Shown: positions 26,295 to 36,019 of the stretch, piece by piece
Layout: the number at the start of each line of letters is the position of its first letter
How positions within the stretch are numbered: position 1 is the stretch's first letter
Source: a virus
Lineage: Duplodnaviria > Caudoviricetes
IMG/VR virus record: IMGVR_UViG_2767802108_000001
Coordinates: 1-64,000 of that record
Length of the DNA: 64,000 nt
Reading direction: 5' to 3' (one strand)
Notes under the pieces: model-generated
Told to the model about the DNA's origin: nothing
Seen by the model: the letters and a program-made list of their open reading frames with translations, nothing else
Databases searched by the model: none
Position numbers and translations under genes: made by a program

Positions 26295-28480
26295 TGACCA
26301 AGACCAAGACCGAGGTCCCTGCCGGCCTCGAGCCCCTGACACCCGCCGACAAGCGATGGGACTTCAGCCGCGACGCCGTCACCCCCGGCCGCCTCACCGC
26401 GTGGGGTGCCGAACTCGCCTGCGCCAGCGCCCTCGTCGCCCCCCTCGCAAACATCCCCTGGCAGGCCGGCGCCACCACCGGAGCCCTCGCCACCGGCGTA
26501 GCCGTCCTCTACGAGAAAGCCCGCGGCTCCTGGCGACGCGTCCTCGTCGCCCGCGCCTCCACATGGATGGCCACCACCGGCTGGCTGTCGTACGCCCTCG
26601 CTACCCAGCCCACCCTCACCACCATGGCCGTCGGCACCACCATCTGGGGAGCCGGAGCCGCCGTCAACATCGGCATGGACAAGTGGGGCGAAGCCACCCG
26701 CGAAGCCGAGCAGGAGCTCGACCGGCGTCTCGCCAACGGCGAGCAGATCGCCGCCGCACAGCAGGGCTGGGCAAAGCTTCTGTACGACATCTGCGGCATC
26801 GAAGGCGCCGTCGCGGACCCCATCGTCGACCGGTGGCCGTCCGGCGCCGGAGAAACCGTCAAAATCACCCTCCCGGCGCACCTCAACATCAACGCCCTCC
26901 GCGGCTACGAAGCCGAACTCGCCGGAGCCCTCCACCTCCCCAAGGGCGGCGGCGTCGCCTTCTCCGACGGCGGCGCCAACGTCCCCCGCAACGTCGTCTT
27001 CATCGCCATCACCCGAAAGAACATGATGGCCGGGGCCATCCCCTACCCCGGGCTCACCCCCACCACGATCAACGAGCCGATCGGGTTCGGCGTCATCGGT
27101 ACCGGCCAGGAAGCCGGCCTCAACCTCAAGGACGAAGGGTTCATCGCGATCGGCGCCCAGGGCTCCGGCAAGACCGCCCTCATGAAGACCCTCGGCCTCG
27201 GCCTCGTCCGTTGCACCGACGCCATCGTCATCGACCTCGACACCTCCGCGAAGATGTCCGCAGTCTTCGTGAACCCCTACCTGCGGTACGGCATCGGCCG
27301 ACCCCTCATCGACTGGCCCGCGACAACCGCAGACGAGTGCCGCCTCGTCATCCAGGCCGCGAAGGCTGCTATTGCCGCCCGCAAAACCGAGTACGCCGAC
27401 CTCCTCGAAGACGAGGACGTCGACAACCTGCCCGCCCGCCCCGACATCCCCGCCATCCACATCCGCGTTGACGAGACCAAGTCCATGCCCGACGACGTCC
27501 TCGAAGGCATCGACTTCATCATCGAAGAAGGTCGTTCCGTCAACATCCGCGTCTCCAACACCGGCCTCCGAGCAACCCGCGAGTACATCACCGGCACCAT
27601 GGACGAACTCACCCCCGGCCGGATCGGACTCCGCACCAACAACAGCAGCGAGCTCCAGATGCTGTTCCCCGACACCGGCGCACCCGACATGGCGATCTTC
27701 ACCGACCCCGGCACTGTCGCCTACATGTCCACGACCAAGGGCCCCTTCCAGCCCACCCCCGCCAAGGCATACGCCACCATGGCCGAGACCTTCCCGGAGG
27801 GCTCCGCCGACTACCGGCGGATGCAGACCCTGTTCATGGACGCCGCTCGCGAGCTTTCGCCCAGCCGTCCCGACCTGGACGAGGTCACGGCTCGAGCGAT
27901 GGGCCTCGCCTGGTCCCAGCGTTGGGCCCGCTGCATCCCCAACCTCCGCGGCGACGCCTACGGAAACGTCGGTCCCGACCGCATGCACGAGAGCGTGTGG
28001 GAGCTCTACCAGTCCTGGCCCAAGCCCACGCCGGTCGAGGTTCTCCTCGGTACCGCCCTCGACGACGACGGCTACCCGATCGAAGCCCGCGGCGCAGCGA
28101 CGGAGATCCCCCGTCTCACCGAGGCCATGCTCGACGAAGACGAGCTCGAGCGGGTCGCCGCCCAGGACGCCGCGATCGAACTCGCCAAGACCCGCGTCAC
28201 CCCCAAGACCCACGACCAGCTCGCCGTCGAACTGTTCGCGTCCCTCGGCCGTCCCGCCAAGCCGTCCGAGGTGTACCCCCTCATGGTCAAGGCTGGCTAC
28301 GACAAGTCCGGGCGGACCTTCCGTGACCTTTGTGCCCGCCTTGGGCTGCAAGACAGGCTCGTGAAGGGCGATGATGGAACCTACGCGGCCAACAACAGCG
28401 GTGAGGTTCCTGATGCAGCCGGACGAGTTCCCGGACCTGAAGATGACGCACATGGACCAGGCGATGCTCCACATGGCTGA
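26294..28480 (+). CDS. traB: TraB/FtsK-SpoIIIE conjugative DNA translocase
   Basis: N-terminal TMs, Walker A GAQGSGKT, Walker B IRVDE, EGRS arginine finger, C-terminal wHTH. Confidence 0.85.
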   Translation: MTKTKTEVPAGLEPLTPADKRWDFSRDAVTPGRLTAWGAELACASALVAPLANIPWQAGATTGALATGVAVLYEKARGSWRRVLVARASTWMATTGWLSYALATQPTLTTMAVGTTIWGAGAAVNIGMDKWGEATREAEQELDRRLANGEQIAAAQQGWAKLLYDICGIEGAVADPIVDRWPSGAGETVKITLPAHLNINALRGYEAELAGALHLPKGGGVAFSDGGANVPRNVVFIAITRKNMMAGAIPYPGLTPTTINEPIGFGVIGTGQEAGLNLKDEGFIAIGAQGSGKTALMKTLGLGLVRCTDAIVIDLDTSAKMSAVFVNPYLRYGIGRPLIDWPATTADECRLVIQAAKAAIAARKTEYADLLEDEDVDNLPARPDIPAIHIRVDETKSMPDDVLEGIDFIIEEGRSVNIRVSNTGLRATREYITGTMDELTPGRIGLRTNNSSELQMLFPDTGAPDMAIFTDPGTVAYMSTTKGPFQPTPAKAYATMAETFPEGSADYRRMQTLFMDAARELSPSRPDLDEVTARAMGLAWSQRWARCIPNLRGDAYGNVGPDRMHESVWELYQSWPKPTPVEVLLGTALDDDGYPIEARGAATEIPRLTEAMLDEDELERVAAQDAAIELAKTRVTPKTHDQLAVELFASLGRPAKPSEVYPLMVKAGYDKSGRTFRDLCARLGLQDRLVKGDDGTYAANNSGEVPDAAGRVPGPEDDAHGPGDAPHG

Positions 28481-28586
28481 GGTGATCGACGGTCTGAAGA
28501 AGGCCGGCCTGAGCGAGAACTCAGCCGTCCGTTTCGCGGCGATCTACTTCAACGAGATGTCGCAGAACGACACGGACGACGACTGA
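28413..28586 (+). CDS. Small hypothetical protein
   Basis: GAGG RBS; LKKAGLSENSAVRFAA motif; overlaps the traB 3' end. Confidence 0.55.
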   Translation: MQPDEFPDLKMTHMDQAMLHMAEVIDGLKKAGLSENSAVRFAAIYFNEMSQNDTDDD

Positions 28587-28602
28587 ACCAACCAGCGACC
28601 AG

Positions 28603-28633
28603 GAAAACCCCCGGGTCGTACCCGGGGGTTTTC
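28603..28633 (+). terminator. Rho-independent terminator
   Basis: GAAAACCCCCGGG-tcgta-CCCGGGGGTTTTC. Confidence 0.85.
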
Positions 28634-28682
28634 TGTATCCACCGCCACCCTCACCACCCGCCGCCCCGAAGGACACCCACCG

Positions 28683-29213
28683 ATGAACGCCCCCCTGACA
28701 GGCCCGACCCAGCCCACCGCCCCACCCGCCGCGCAGCCTGTCGACGACCAGCGCATCGACCGCATCGCCAACGCTTTCAGCCAGGCCCTCGACCAAGCCA
28801 CCGCCACCCCCACCGCCTTCCGAGACGAGACGCCCGTGCCCGCCATCGGCAACGCCCTCCCGGTACCCCAACCCGGCCGCACCCCGATGTCACAGCGGGC
28901 CACCGACGCCAGCGTCCTCATCCTTTCCGCTGGCGCCGCCTCCATCCCCCTCGGCGGCATGACCGCCCTCATCATCTACGCCCTCGGCAACGCCGACCCC
29001 GTATCCCTCGCCGTCGGCGCCGGCGCCCCCATCACACTCGCCGTGCCGATCCTCGCCCTCACCCGACTCGTACGACGAGCCAAGGAGACCGTCCAGGCCG
29101 CCCCGCCCGTCATCCACCAGCACTACACCGGCACCGTCGTCCAGGACCAGCGGACCGTGAACACCACCACCCGCGGCATGTGGGCATCCACCCGCAACCA
29201 GCTGCCCAAGTAG
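28683..29213 (+). CDS. Spd-like membrane protein
   Basis: PVPQPGR.PMSQRATDAS, two TMs, HQHYTGTVVQDQR tail. Confidence 0.7.
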   Translation: MNAPLTGPTQPTAPPAAQPVDDQRIDRIANAFSQALDQATATPTAFRDETPVPAIGNALPVPQPGRTPMSQRATDASVLILSAGAASIPLGGMTALIIYALGNADPVSLAVGAGAPITLAVPILALTRLVRRAKETVQAAPPVIHQHYTGTVVQDQRTVNTTTRGMWASTRNQLPK

Positions 29214-29224
29214 AGGAGATCCCC

Positions 29225-29692
29225 GTGACCGCCACTGTCATCGCCGTCCTCGGCACCCTCGCCGGAACCCTCCTCACCGGCACCCTCGCCCACCTCAGCC
29301 AGCGAGCCCAACGCAAAGCCGACACCACCACCGCCCGTCGGACCGAAGCCCTGACCGCCGTCACCGACCTCGCCACCGCACTCGCCGACCACCGCCGCGC
29401 CATGTGGGTCCGCGAAGACCTCCGCTTACACGGCGAGGACTGGGACCAGGCCCGTACCGAGTCCCACACCACCCGGTCCGCAATCACCGCCCCGCTGCTG
29501 CGCGTGCAACTGCTACTGCCCGCACTCGCCCCGACCGCGCAGGACGCCGCCCACGCCACCTACGCCCTCCGCGACGGCTGGGAGACCGGCGAGACCGGAC
29601 TCGCATCCCGACGCGATCACGCCATCACCAAGACCGACGACCTCGTCACGGCCGCTGGCCGGCTCCTCGACGGTCAGCCCGCACGACGGTAA
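29225..29692 (+). CDS. kilB: KilB-like protein
   Basis: VIAVLGTLAGTLL N-terminal TM and helical body resembling pIJ101-type KilB; contains a TTA codon. Confidence 0.65.
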   Translation: MTATVIAVLGTLAGTLLTGTLAHLSQRAQRKADTTTARRTEALTAVTDLATALADHRRAMWVREDLRLHGEDWDQARTESHTTRSAITAPLLRVQLLLPALAPTAQDAAHATYALRDGWETGETGLASRRDHAITKTDDLVTAAGRLLDGQPARR

Positions 29693-29876
29693 GCGGCCGC
29701 AGGGGGAACGCGTCTCAGACAAACGCCCCCGCATACCCCACACTCAGAACTGCACGGCCCGGGTAACTCCGATCGACTCCGGTGTCCCCGCGCCCAAGTC
29801 ACACGGGCCCGGGCCGTGCCCGACCACCCGGCCCCGCACGCCACCCCCGGCGTTGCGGGGCCGTCCCACGCCCACC

Positions 29877-30104
29877 TCAGCCGTAGTAGTCGTCCGTGTA
29901 CTCCACGCGGTCCCGCCCCTCCTCAACGCACCCCTCATACCGCTCCGGCGCACCATGAGTCACCACAAGCCGATACGACTGGCCCAGCTGGCAGCCCTTA
30001 TCCGTCCACCGGTTCGCCGCCACCGTCCACACCAGCAGCAACACCAGCACACCGACAATCTTCTGATTTCGGGTAGGACGCCACCCGCGTCTCTCCTCGT
30101 TCAT
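29877..30104 (-). CDS. Small membrane/secreted protein
   Basis: One TM, paired Cys; leaderless-like start. Confidence 0.55.
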   Translation of the reverse strand: MNEERRGWRPTRNQKIVGVLVLLLVWTVAANRWTDKGCQLGQSYRLVVTHGAPERYEGCVEEGRDRVEYTDDYYG

Positions 30105-30159
30105 GCCGCGCAGCATGCCCGAGCCCCTAGGCAAGGGGAACAGAACACCGAAAATCAGC

Positions 30160-30184
30160 GATCATCCGTTACAGGCGCGGGGCC
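30160..30184 (+). promoter_or_regulatory. Late-promoter motif (-10-like)-N6/7-AGGCGCGGGGCC (also 32370, 34349, 52289)
   Basis: The same 12-mer precedes terS, portal and scaffold; a variant precedes the lysis genes. Confidence 0.65.
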
Positions 30185-30223
30185 TCACAACCACACACCC
30201 ATCCGAGCGGGAGCCCCACCGCC

Positions 30224-30769
30224 ATGCCAGCCTCCAAGACCAAGCAAGCCCTCGTCGCCCAGCGGCGCTCCGAGATGCTCATCATGAAGATCCAGGGCCG
30301 CACCGCAGCCCAGATCGCAGAGCACTTCAACATCTCACCAGGCACCGCACGCTCCGACCTCGCCCGAGCCGTCAAAAAGGCCAAGGCCATGGAAGTCCAG
30401 GACGCGGAGCTCTACCGCTTCATCCAAGGCTCCCGCCTCGAGACCCTGCTACGCGCAGTGATGCCCCTCGCCATTGACGACGGTGACCTGAAAGCCAACG
30501 AACAGGCCCGCAAACTCATCGCCGACATCACCGAACTGTTCGGCCTTAAGGTGCCCGTACGCACCGAGATCAGCGGCCCCGACGGCGGCGCCATCCCCTT
30601 CTCCAGCGGCGAAGCCGCCGAAGTCCTGGCCCTCATCGACATCTCCGACCGCGACAACGCCGAAATTCCCGCCATCAACCAGGACACCGACCTCGACGAC
30701 GAAGACGAGGACGACGCTGGCGTCGATGATGACCTGGACGACGAGGACGACGGTGACGACAGCCCCTGA
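30224..30769 (+). CDS. Terminase small subunit
   Basis: N-terminal HTH, RTEISGPDGGAI motif, upstream of terL. Confidence 0.8.
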   Translation: MPASKTKQALVAQRRSEMLIMKIQGRTAAQIAEHFNISPGTARSDLARAVKKAKAMEVQDAELYRFIQGSRLETLLRAVMPLAIDDGDLKANEQARKLIADITELFGLKVPVRTEISGPDGGAIPFSSGEAAEVLALIDISDRDNAEIPAINQDTDLDDEDEDDAGVDDDLDDEDDGDDSP

Positions 30770-32312
30770 CCGGCAAACCGACCTTGAGACCCGCTACCGC
30801 AGCCTCCCCGCGGACCAACGACGCCGCGTTATCACCCGCGCCCGCCCCGAAACCCGAGCCAAACTCGCCCACATCGAACGCGAGATGGCCATGGACCGCT
30901 CCCCAGGAGCCCTCGCAGCCGTCCTCACCGAACGCCGCGAGAAGCAGGCCGCCCACCTCGACATGATCGACAGCGCGTTCCGGCGCATCGCCGCAGGTGA
31001 ACGCCTCCAGGTCATGCTGACCTGCCCGCCAAGACATGGGAAGTCGCAGCGAGCCTCACGGTGGGGGCCACTCTGGTACCTGCGTCGGCACCCCGAACAC
31101 CGCGTCATGATCGCCTCCTACGGAGCCGACCTCGCTGACGACCACGGCCGATGGGTACGCGACCAGCTCAAGGAGTACTCACCCGTCCTCGGCATCAAAC
31201 TCCACCCCGCCTCACACGCAGCGAACCGATTCGACCTCGAACAGAAGCGTGGCTCCAGCGTCCGCGGCGGCATGGTCACCGCAGGCGTCGGCGGCGGCCT
31301 GACCGGCAAAGGCTTCAACCTCGGCATCATCGACGACCCCTTCAAAGGCCACGACGACGCCGCCAGCCCCGCCCAACGCGACCGCGTCTGGGAGTGGTAC
31401 CGGTCAGTGTTCTTCACCCGGCGCGCCCCCGGCGCCTCCCTCATCCTGATCAACACACGCTGGCACGAGGACGACCTCTCTGGCCGGCTCCTCGCCCACG
31501 AACCCCACCGCTGGCTCCAGATCGACCTGCCCGCCCTCGCCGACAGCCCCAACGACCCCCTCCACCGCCCCATCGGCGCCCCCCTGTGGCCCGACCAGTA
31601 CGACGCCGGAGAACTTGCCGACATCCGCGAGAGCGTCGGCGAACGCGTCTGGTACGCCCTCTACCAGCAAAAACCCCGACCCCTTGAGGGCGGGGTGTGG
31701 AAGTGGGCATGGATCACCGGCCACCGGCTCAAGCCCGAAGCCTGGGCCGGCATCAACCCCACCCGCGTCGTTGTCGCTGTCGACCACGCCGGCGGCGACA
31801 CCCTCCGCAACGACGAAGTCGGACTCGTCTGCGCCGCGCGCGACCACGACGGAGACCTCTATGTCCTGGACGACCGCTCCCGCACCATGGGAGCCGAGAC
31901 GTGGGGAGCGGAAGTCTGCAAGTTGGCCATCGAACGCCAGGCGGACGCCATCCTCGTCGAACGGAATTTCGGCGGGGACATGGCCCGGCAGATCGTTGTG
32001 CAGGGCTGGCAGGAACTTGCCCGGCAGGGCGAGACCAACGGGATGCTGATGCCGTCGATCATCGAAGTCCATGCCAAGCAGGGCAAAAGGTTGAGGGCCG
32101 AGCCGATCGCGCAGCTGTACAAGCAGGGCAAGGTCCACCACGTCGGGGAGTTCACCGAACTTGAGGGACAGATGGTCACCTGGCTACCGGGTATGGACTC
32201 CCCAGACCGGATGGACGCCGCCGTGCACGCCCTGACCGAGCTGGCCGATCCGGCACAAGAAGGTCTGGGCAGCCAGCCCTATACGGATCAGCGACTCCGC
32301 GGACGACGGTAA
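30753..32312 (+). CDS. Terminase large subunit
   Basis: PPRHGKS Walker A, IIDDPFK Walker B, TRWHEDDL, YQQKP, VAVD nuclease, DRMDA. Confidence 0.96.
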   Translation: MTTAPDRQTDLETRYRSLPADQRRRVITRARPETRAKLAHIEREMAMDRSPGALAAVLTERREKQAAHLDMIDSAFRRIAAGERLQVMLTCPPRHGKSQRASRWGPLWYLRRHPEHRVMIASYGADLADDHGRWVRDQLKEYSPVLGIKLHPASHAANRFDLEQKRGSSVRGGMVTAGVGGGLTGKGFNLGIIDDPFKGHDDAASPAQRDRVWEWYRSVFFTRRAPGASLILINTRWHEDDLSGRLLAHEPHRWLQIDLPALADSPNDPLHRPIGAPLWPDQYDAGELADIRESVGERVWYALYQQKPRPLEGGVWKWAWITGHRLKPEAWAGINPTRVVVAVDHAGGDTLRNDEVGLVCAARDHDGDLYVLDDRSRTMGAETWGAEVCKLAIERQADAILVERNFGGDMARQIVVQGWQELARQGETNGMLMPSIIEVHAKQGKRLRAEPIAQLYKQGKVHHVGEFTELEGQMVTWLPGMDSPDRMDAAVHALTELADPAQEGLGSQPYTDQRLRGRR

Positions 32313-32415
32313 TGCCCACGGGGCCTGGGCACGGGGAACGGGCATGGCAACGGCCCGTACTCTGATCACAGGCGCGGGGCCCGCCAACTGGCGGGAACGT
32401 CTGTGAGGAGCAGAG

Positions 32416-34323
32416 GTGGGTCTGCGCGAGGTCGTCATCCACGCCTGGTCGTGGCTCAACTACAAGCCCGTCTACTCCGACGGCGACAACCCCGGCATGC
32501 CCAACCGGCGGGCCTTCCCCGAAGCCAACGCCATGTGGGTCCCCGAGGAAGACCAGAAACGCCTCGCCGCGTACAAGCTCCTCCAGGCCTACGACAACAA
32601 CCAGGCAGCCGAACTCGCCGAAGCCGGCGGCGACCTGGACGCCCGGGAGAAGCGAGAGTTCGGCGACCCCGCCATGTTCATCGACACCGTCATGGCGAAC
32701 GTCCTCGGCCGCGAACAGACCATCACCGTCACCGGCGCGGACACCGACAGCGAGCAGCCCACCCCCGACGAGGCCATGGCCGCCCGCGTTCAGGAACTTC
32801 TCCGGGACTGGGCCGAGGCCGAGCTCCTGCCGATGCGGGTCCAGCAGACCGAACGCAAGGCCGTCACGCTGGGGGACGGCGTGTACCGGCTCGCGTGGGA
32901 ACCCGGCAAGAACCGTCCCGTACTGCGCGTCCACGACCCCGGCTTCTACTTCCCGATCCTGCCTGAGGACGGAGACGCCGGCGACTACCCGACCCGCATC
33001 CACTTCGCGTGGGAACTCCCCGCCGACCCGCGCCGCGGTATCAAGGCGCGGCTGCGGCGCATCACCTACGAGCTGGACTGGATCCGCCCGGCGACCGCCC
33101 CCGGAGTCGACGAGACCGGCCGTGCCGTTCGCGCCCCCGTCCCCGCTACCGGCCCGGATCCCGACCAGCCGGACGCCGAAGTGCCGCCGCCTCTCACCCC
33201 GGGGGACCTGTACTACCCGGAGACCGGGGCGATCGCCCGCCAGTACCCATGGAACGACGGCCCGTCCTACGTCACCTGCTACCTCACCGACGCCACCTGG
33301 GTCCTGGAGGACATCAAGGGCAGCCCCGACGTCGACTCCCTCCCGCTGGAGTCTGCGACGTTCGCAACCCGCGGCGACGGCGAGGTCCTCGACCACCTCG
33401 ACCTCATGCTGGACTTCGTCCCGGTGATCCACCTCCCGAACACCGTCCCGCCCGCGGAGGAGCACTGGGGGCAGTCGTCCCTGGCGAAGGTGTTGCAGAT
33501 CTTCGACGAGCTGACGTCCACCGACACCGACTCCGCCAGGGCCTCCGCAACGACCGGAGCGCCGATGATCGGCCTGTGGGGCAAGGCCACCGACTCCCGC
33601 CTGGAAGTGCACTCCATCCAGGCCGGCATGCTCCTCAAGCTGGGGGAGGGCGGCGGCATGCAAGCCCTGGACACCAGCAAAAACCTCGCCGAGCTCCGCA
33701 ACCGCACCCACGACCTGGAGGACCGGGCCGCGAAGGTCGCACGTCTGCCCGCCGTCGCCCTCGGCACCCTCGACCCGTCCCAAGCACCGTCCGGGTACGC
33801 CATGGACGTGTCCCTCGGCCCGCTCGACGCCCTCATTGCGTCCATGCGGCTCGCCCGGGACCACAAGTACGCGCTGCTCCTGAAGATGGTGCAACGCCTG
33901 TACATCGGCAGCCAGCATCCCGACTGGGCCGACGTCACCGTGCAGCCCGCCCGGCTGGTGTTCGGCTCGTACAAGCCCACCGACAAGGCTGCCGTCCTCG
34001 AGCTCGCCGCAACCGGCGTCAAGGACGGCGTCCTCTCCCTCGAAACCGCCGTGCAGATGCTCACGGAGGCAGGGTTCCCCATCGAGGACGCCCCCAGGGA
34101 GATCGAACGGATCCAGGCCCGCCAGTTCGAGAAGGCCCGAGCGCTTGCCGACGCTACCGGCGACACCGGCCTCGTCGGGGACTTCCTCGGTGTCACCGTC
34201 ACCGAACCCGACCCGGCCGCCGCCCCGCCCCCAGAGTTCCCGGAAGTCGACGGAACCGACGGCGACCTGACCGCCGAGGAAGACAACGACGAGGGGGAGC
34301 AAGGGAGCGGGGGGAACACGTGA
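32416..34323 (+). CDS. Portal protein
   Basis: Position after terL; LGDGVYRL, PVIHLPN, SGYAM, LSLETAV motifs. Confidence 0.85.
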   Translation: MGLREVVIHAWSWLNYKPVYSDGDNPGMPNRRAFPEANAMWVPEEDQKRLAAYKLLQAYDNNQAAELAEAGGDLDAREKREFGDPAMFIDTVMANVLGREQTITVTGADTDSEQPTPDEAMAARVQELLRDWAEAELLPMRVQQTERKAVTLGDGVYRLAWEPGKNRPVLRVHDPGFYFPILPEDGDAGDYPTRIHFAWELPADPRRGIKARLRRITYELDWIRPATAPGVDETGRAVRAPVPATGPDPDQPDAEVPPPLTPGDLYYPETGAIARQYPWNDGPSYVTCYLTDATWVLEDIKGSPDVDSLPLESATFATRGDGEVLDHLDLMLDFVPVIHLPNTVPPAEEHWGQSSLAKVLQIFDELTSTDTDSARASATTGAPMIGLWGKATDSRLEVHSIQAGMLLKLGEGGGMQALDTSKNLAELRNRTHDLEDRAAKVARLPAVALGTLDPSQAPSGYAMDVSLGPLDALIASMRLARDHKYALLLKMVQRLYIGSQHPDWADVTVQPARLVFGSYKPTDKAAVLELAATGVKDGVLSLETAVQMLTEAGFPIEDAPREIERIQARQFEKARALADATGDTGLVGDFLGVTVTEPDPAAAPPPEFPEVDGTDGDLTAEEDNDEGEQGSGGNT

Positions 34324-34388
34324 CAGATTCTGTGCTCCACTTGGATCTAGGCGCGGGGCCTGAACGTCCTACGGGAGGACTGTCTGCA

Positions 34389-35144
34389 ATGCGTGCCCCC
34401 ACGCAGCACCACCGCCGCCCCGGCCTCGCCGCCCCCCACGGCTGGGCCCACCCCTACACCGGCCTGAACGCGCTCGCCGTGTTCTACAACGACGGCGGCA
34501 ACCCGCCCGAGCCGAACCCAGCGGACCCGCCGAAGCCCGGCCCGCCCCCCGGCCCCAGCCCGCAGTTCACCCAGGACGACCTCGACCGCATCGCCGCCAA
34601 GGAAAAGGCCCAAGGCCAGCGAGCCGGCGCCCGCCAAGCCCTCGAGGACCTCGCCAAGGACCTCGGCTTCACCAACCCCGACGACGTCAAGGCATTCGTC
34701 GCCGCCGCTCGGAAGGCCGAGGACGCTAAGAAGTCCGAAGAGCAGAAGCGGCAGGAGGAACTCGACCGCCGCGAACAGGACCTCAAGGACCGTGAAGCCG
34801 CAGCCGTCGCCCGCGAGCGGGCCGCGATCCGCAAGTCCGCCCTCGTCCAGCTCGGCGCCACCGGCACCGACCTCGAGGACGCTCTCGCTCTCCTCGAACG
34901 CGACCTGCGGCAGACCCCCGACGCCGACGAAGCCACCGTGCAGGCCACCGCGGAAGCGCTGAAGGAACGCCGCGCCGCTCTCTTCGGCGCCACCCCCGCC
35001 ACTGCCCCGGCCAGCAGCATGCCGCCGATCCCGGGCGGATCCCCCGCCGGCGGACCCCCGCCCCGCCAGGCATCCGCCAGCAAGCCCGGAAGCCGCGGCC
35101 TCGAGATGGCCCGCCTCCGCGGCCACAACCGCAACGCCGCCTAG
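34389..35144 (+). CDS. Capsid scaffolding protein
   Basis: FTQDDLDRI, coiled coil, Pro-rich C-terminus. Confidence 0.8.
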   Translation: MRAPTQHHRRPGLAAPHGWAHPYTGLNALAVFYNDGGNPPEPNPADPPKPGPPPGPSPQFTQDDLDRIAAKEKAQGQRAGARQALEDLAKDLGFTNPDDVKAFVAAARKAEDAKKSEEQKRQEELDRREQDLKDREAAAVARERAAIRKSALVQLGATGTDLEDALALLERDLRQTPDADEATVQATAEALKERRAALFGATPATAPASSMPPIPGGSPAGGPPPRQASASKPGSRGLEMARLRGHNRNAA

Positions 35145-35251
35145 ACCTCCCCGGCCACCCGGCCGGGGCATCGGGACCACGCCCTCTCCTCGTGGACGCG
35201 CGCCAAGCGGCGCAGCTGTCACCGCACGCCGTTTTATGAGGAGAGGCAGTC

Positions 35252-36004
35252 GTGAACGACTTCCAGCCCTACTCCTACACGGACAGCGTCACGGCCGACC
35301 GGCCCTGGCTCGCGTCCCTGGTAGGAGTCCAGGACACCAACACCATCACCCTCGACCTGACCAAGTTCAGCGAGGGCTCCCACTACGTGACCTCCGCGAA
35401 CCCGATGCTCCAGGGCCGCAACGTCATGAAGTCCGGCATCCCGCTGGGCAAGGTCACCGCGTCCGGCCTGTACGCCCCCTACTCGGGGCCGCGCAGCGAG
35501 GTCCAGACCGTGACGATCACCGGCGGACCCACCGGCGGTACGTACACGCTGACCTTCAGCGGGCAGACCACCGCAGGGATCCCCTACAACGCGACCGCCG
35601 CGCAGGTGAAGTCCGCGCTGGAAGCCCTGTCCAACGTGAACGTCGGGGACGTCGCTGTCTCCGGCGGCCCGCACCCGGGCACCGCGGTCGTCGTCACCTT
35701 CGGCGGCCAGTACCTCGGCGAGGACGTCGCCCAGATGACCGCGTCCGGTGCCAGCCTCACCGGCGGCACCAGCCCCGCCGTAGCCGTCGCCACCACCACC
35801 GCAGGCGGCGGCGCGTCCGCCACGGACGGCACCGAGGCCCTCGCCGGGTTCCTCGTCGACGCCATCAGCTTCAACCCGACGTCCACCAAGGCCGCCGGCG
35901 CGCTGCTGTGGCACGGCGAAGTCTTCGCCGACAAGTGCCCCATCCCATTCGACCCGACCGACGTCGCCAGCACCGCGCCCGGCGTCAACATCCACTACCG
36001 GTAG
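35252..36004 (+). CDS. Head decoration protein with inserted beta-sandwich domain
   Basis: SGIPLGKVTASGLYAPY...DGTEALAGFL; insert EVQTVTITGGPTGGTYTLTF. Confidence 0.75.
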   Translation: MNDFQPYSYTDSVTADRPWLASLVGVQDTNTITLDLTKFSEGSHYVTSANPMLQGRNVMKSGIPLGKVTASGLYAPYSGPRSEVQTVTITGGPTGGTYTLTFSGQTTAGIPYNATAAQVKSALEALSNVNVGDVAVSGGPHPGTAVVVTFGGQYLGEDVAQMTASGASLTGGTSPAVAVATTTAGGGASATDGTEALAGFLVDAISFNPTSTKAAGALLWHGEVFADKCPIPFDPTDVASTAPGVNIHYR

Positions 36005-36019
36005 AAGGAGGAGATCACC

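Noticed and set aside
29693-29876. Possible clt (TraB-binding 8-bp repeats) after kilB
   Set aside because: Only loose C-rich similarity; no clear tandem 8-mer array could be identified by eye.
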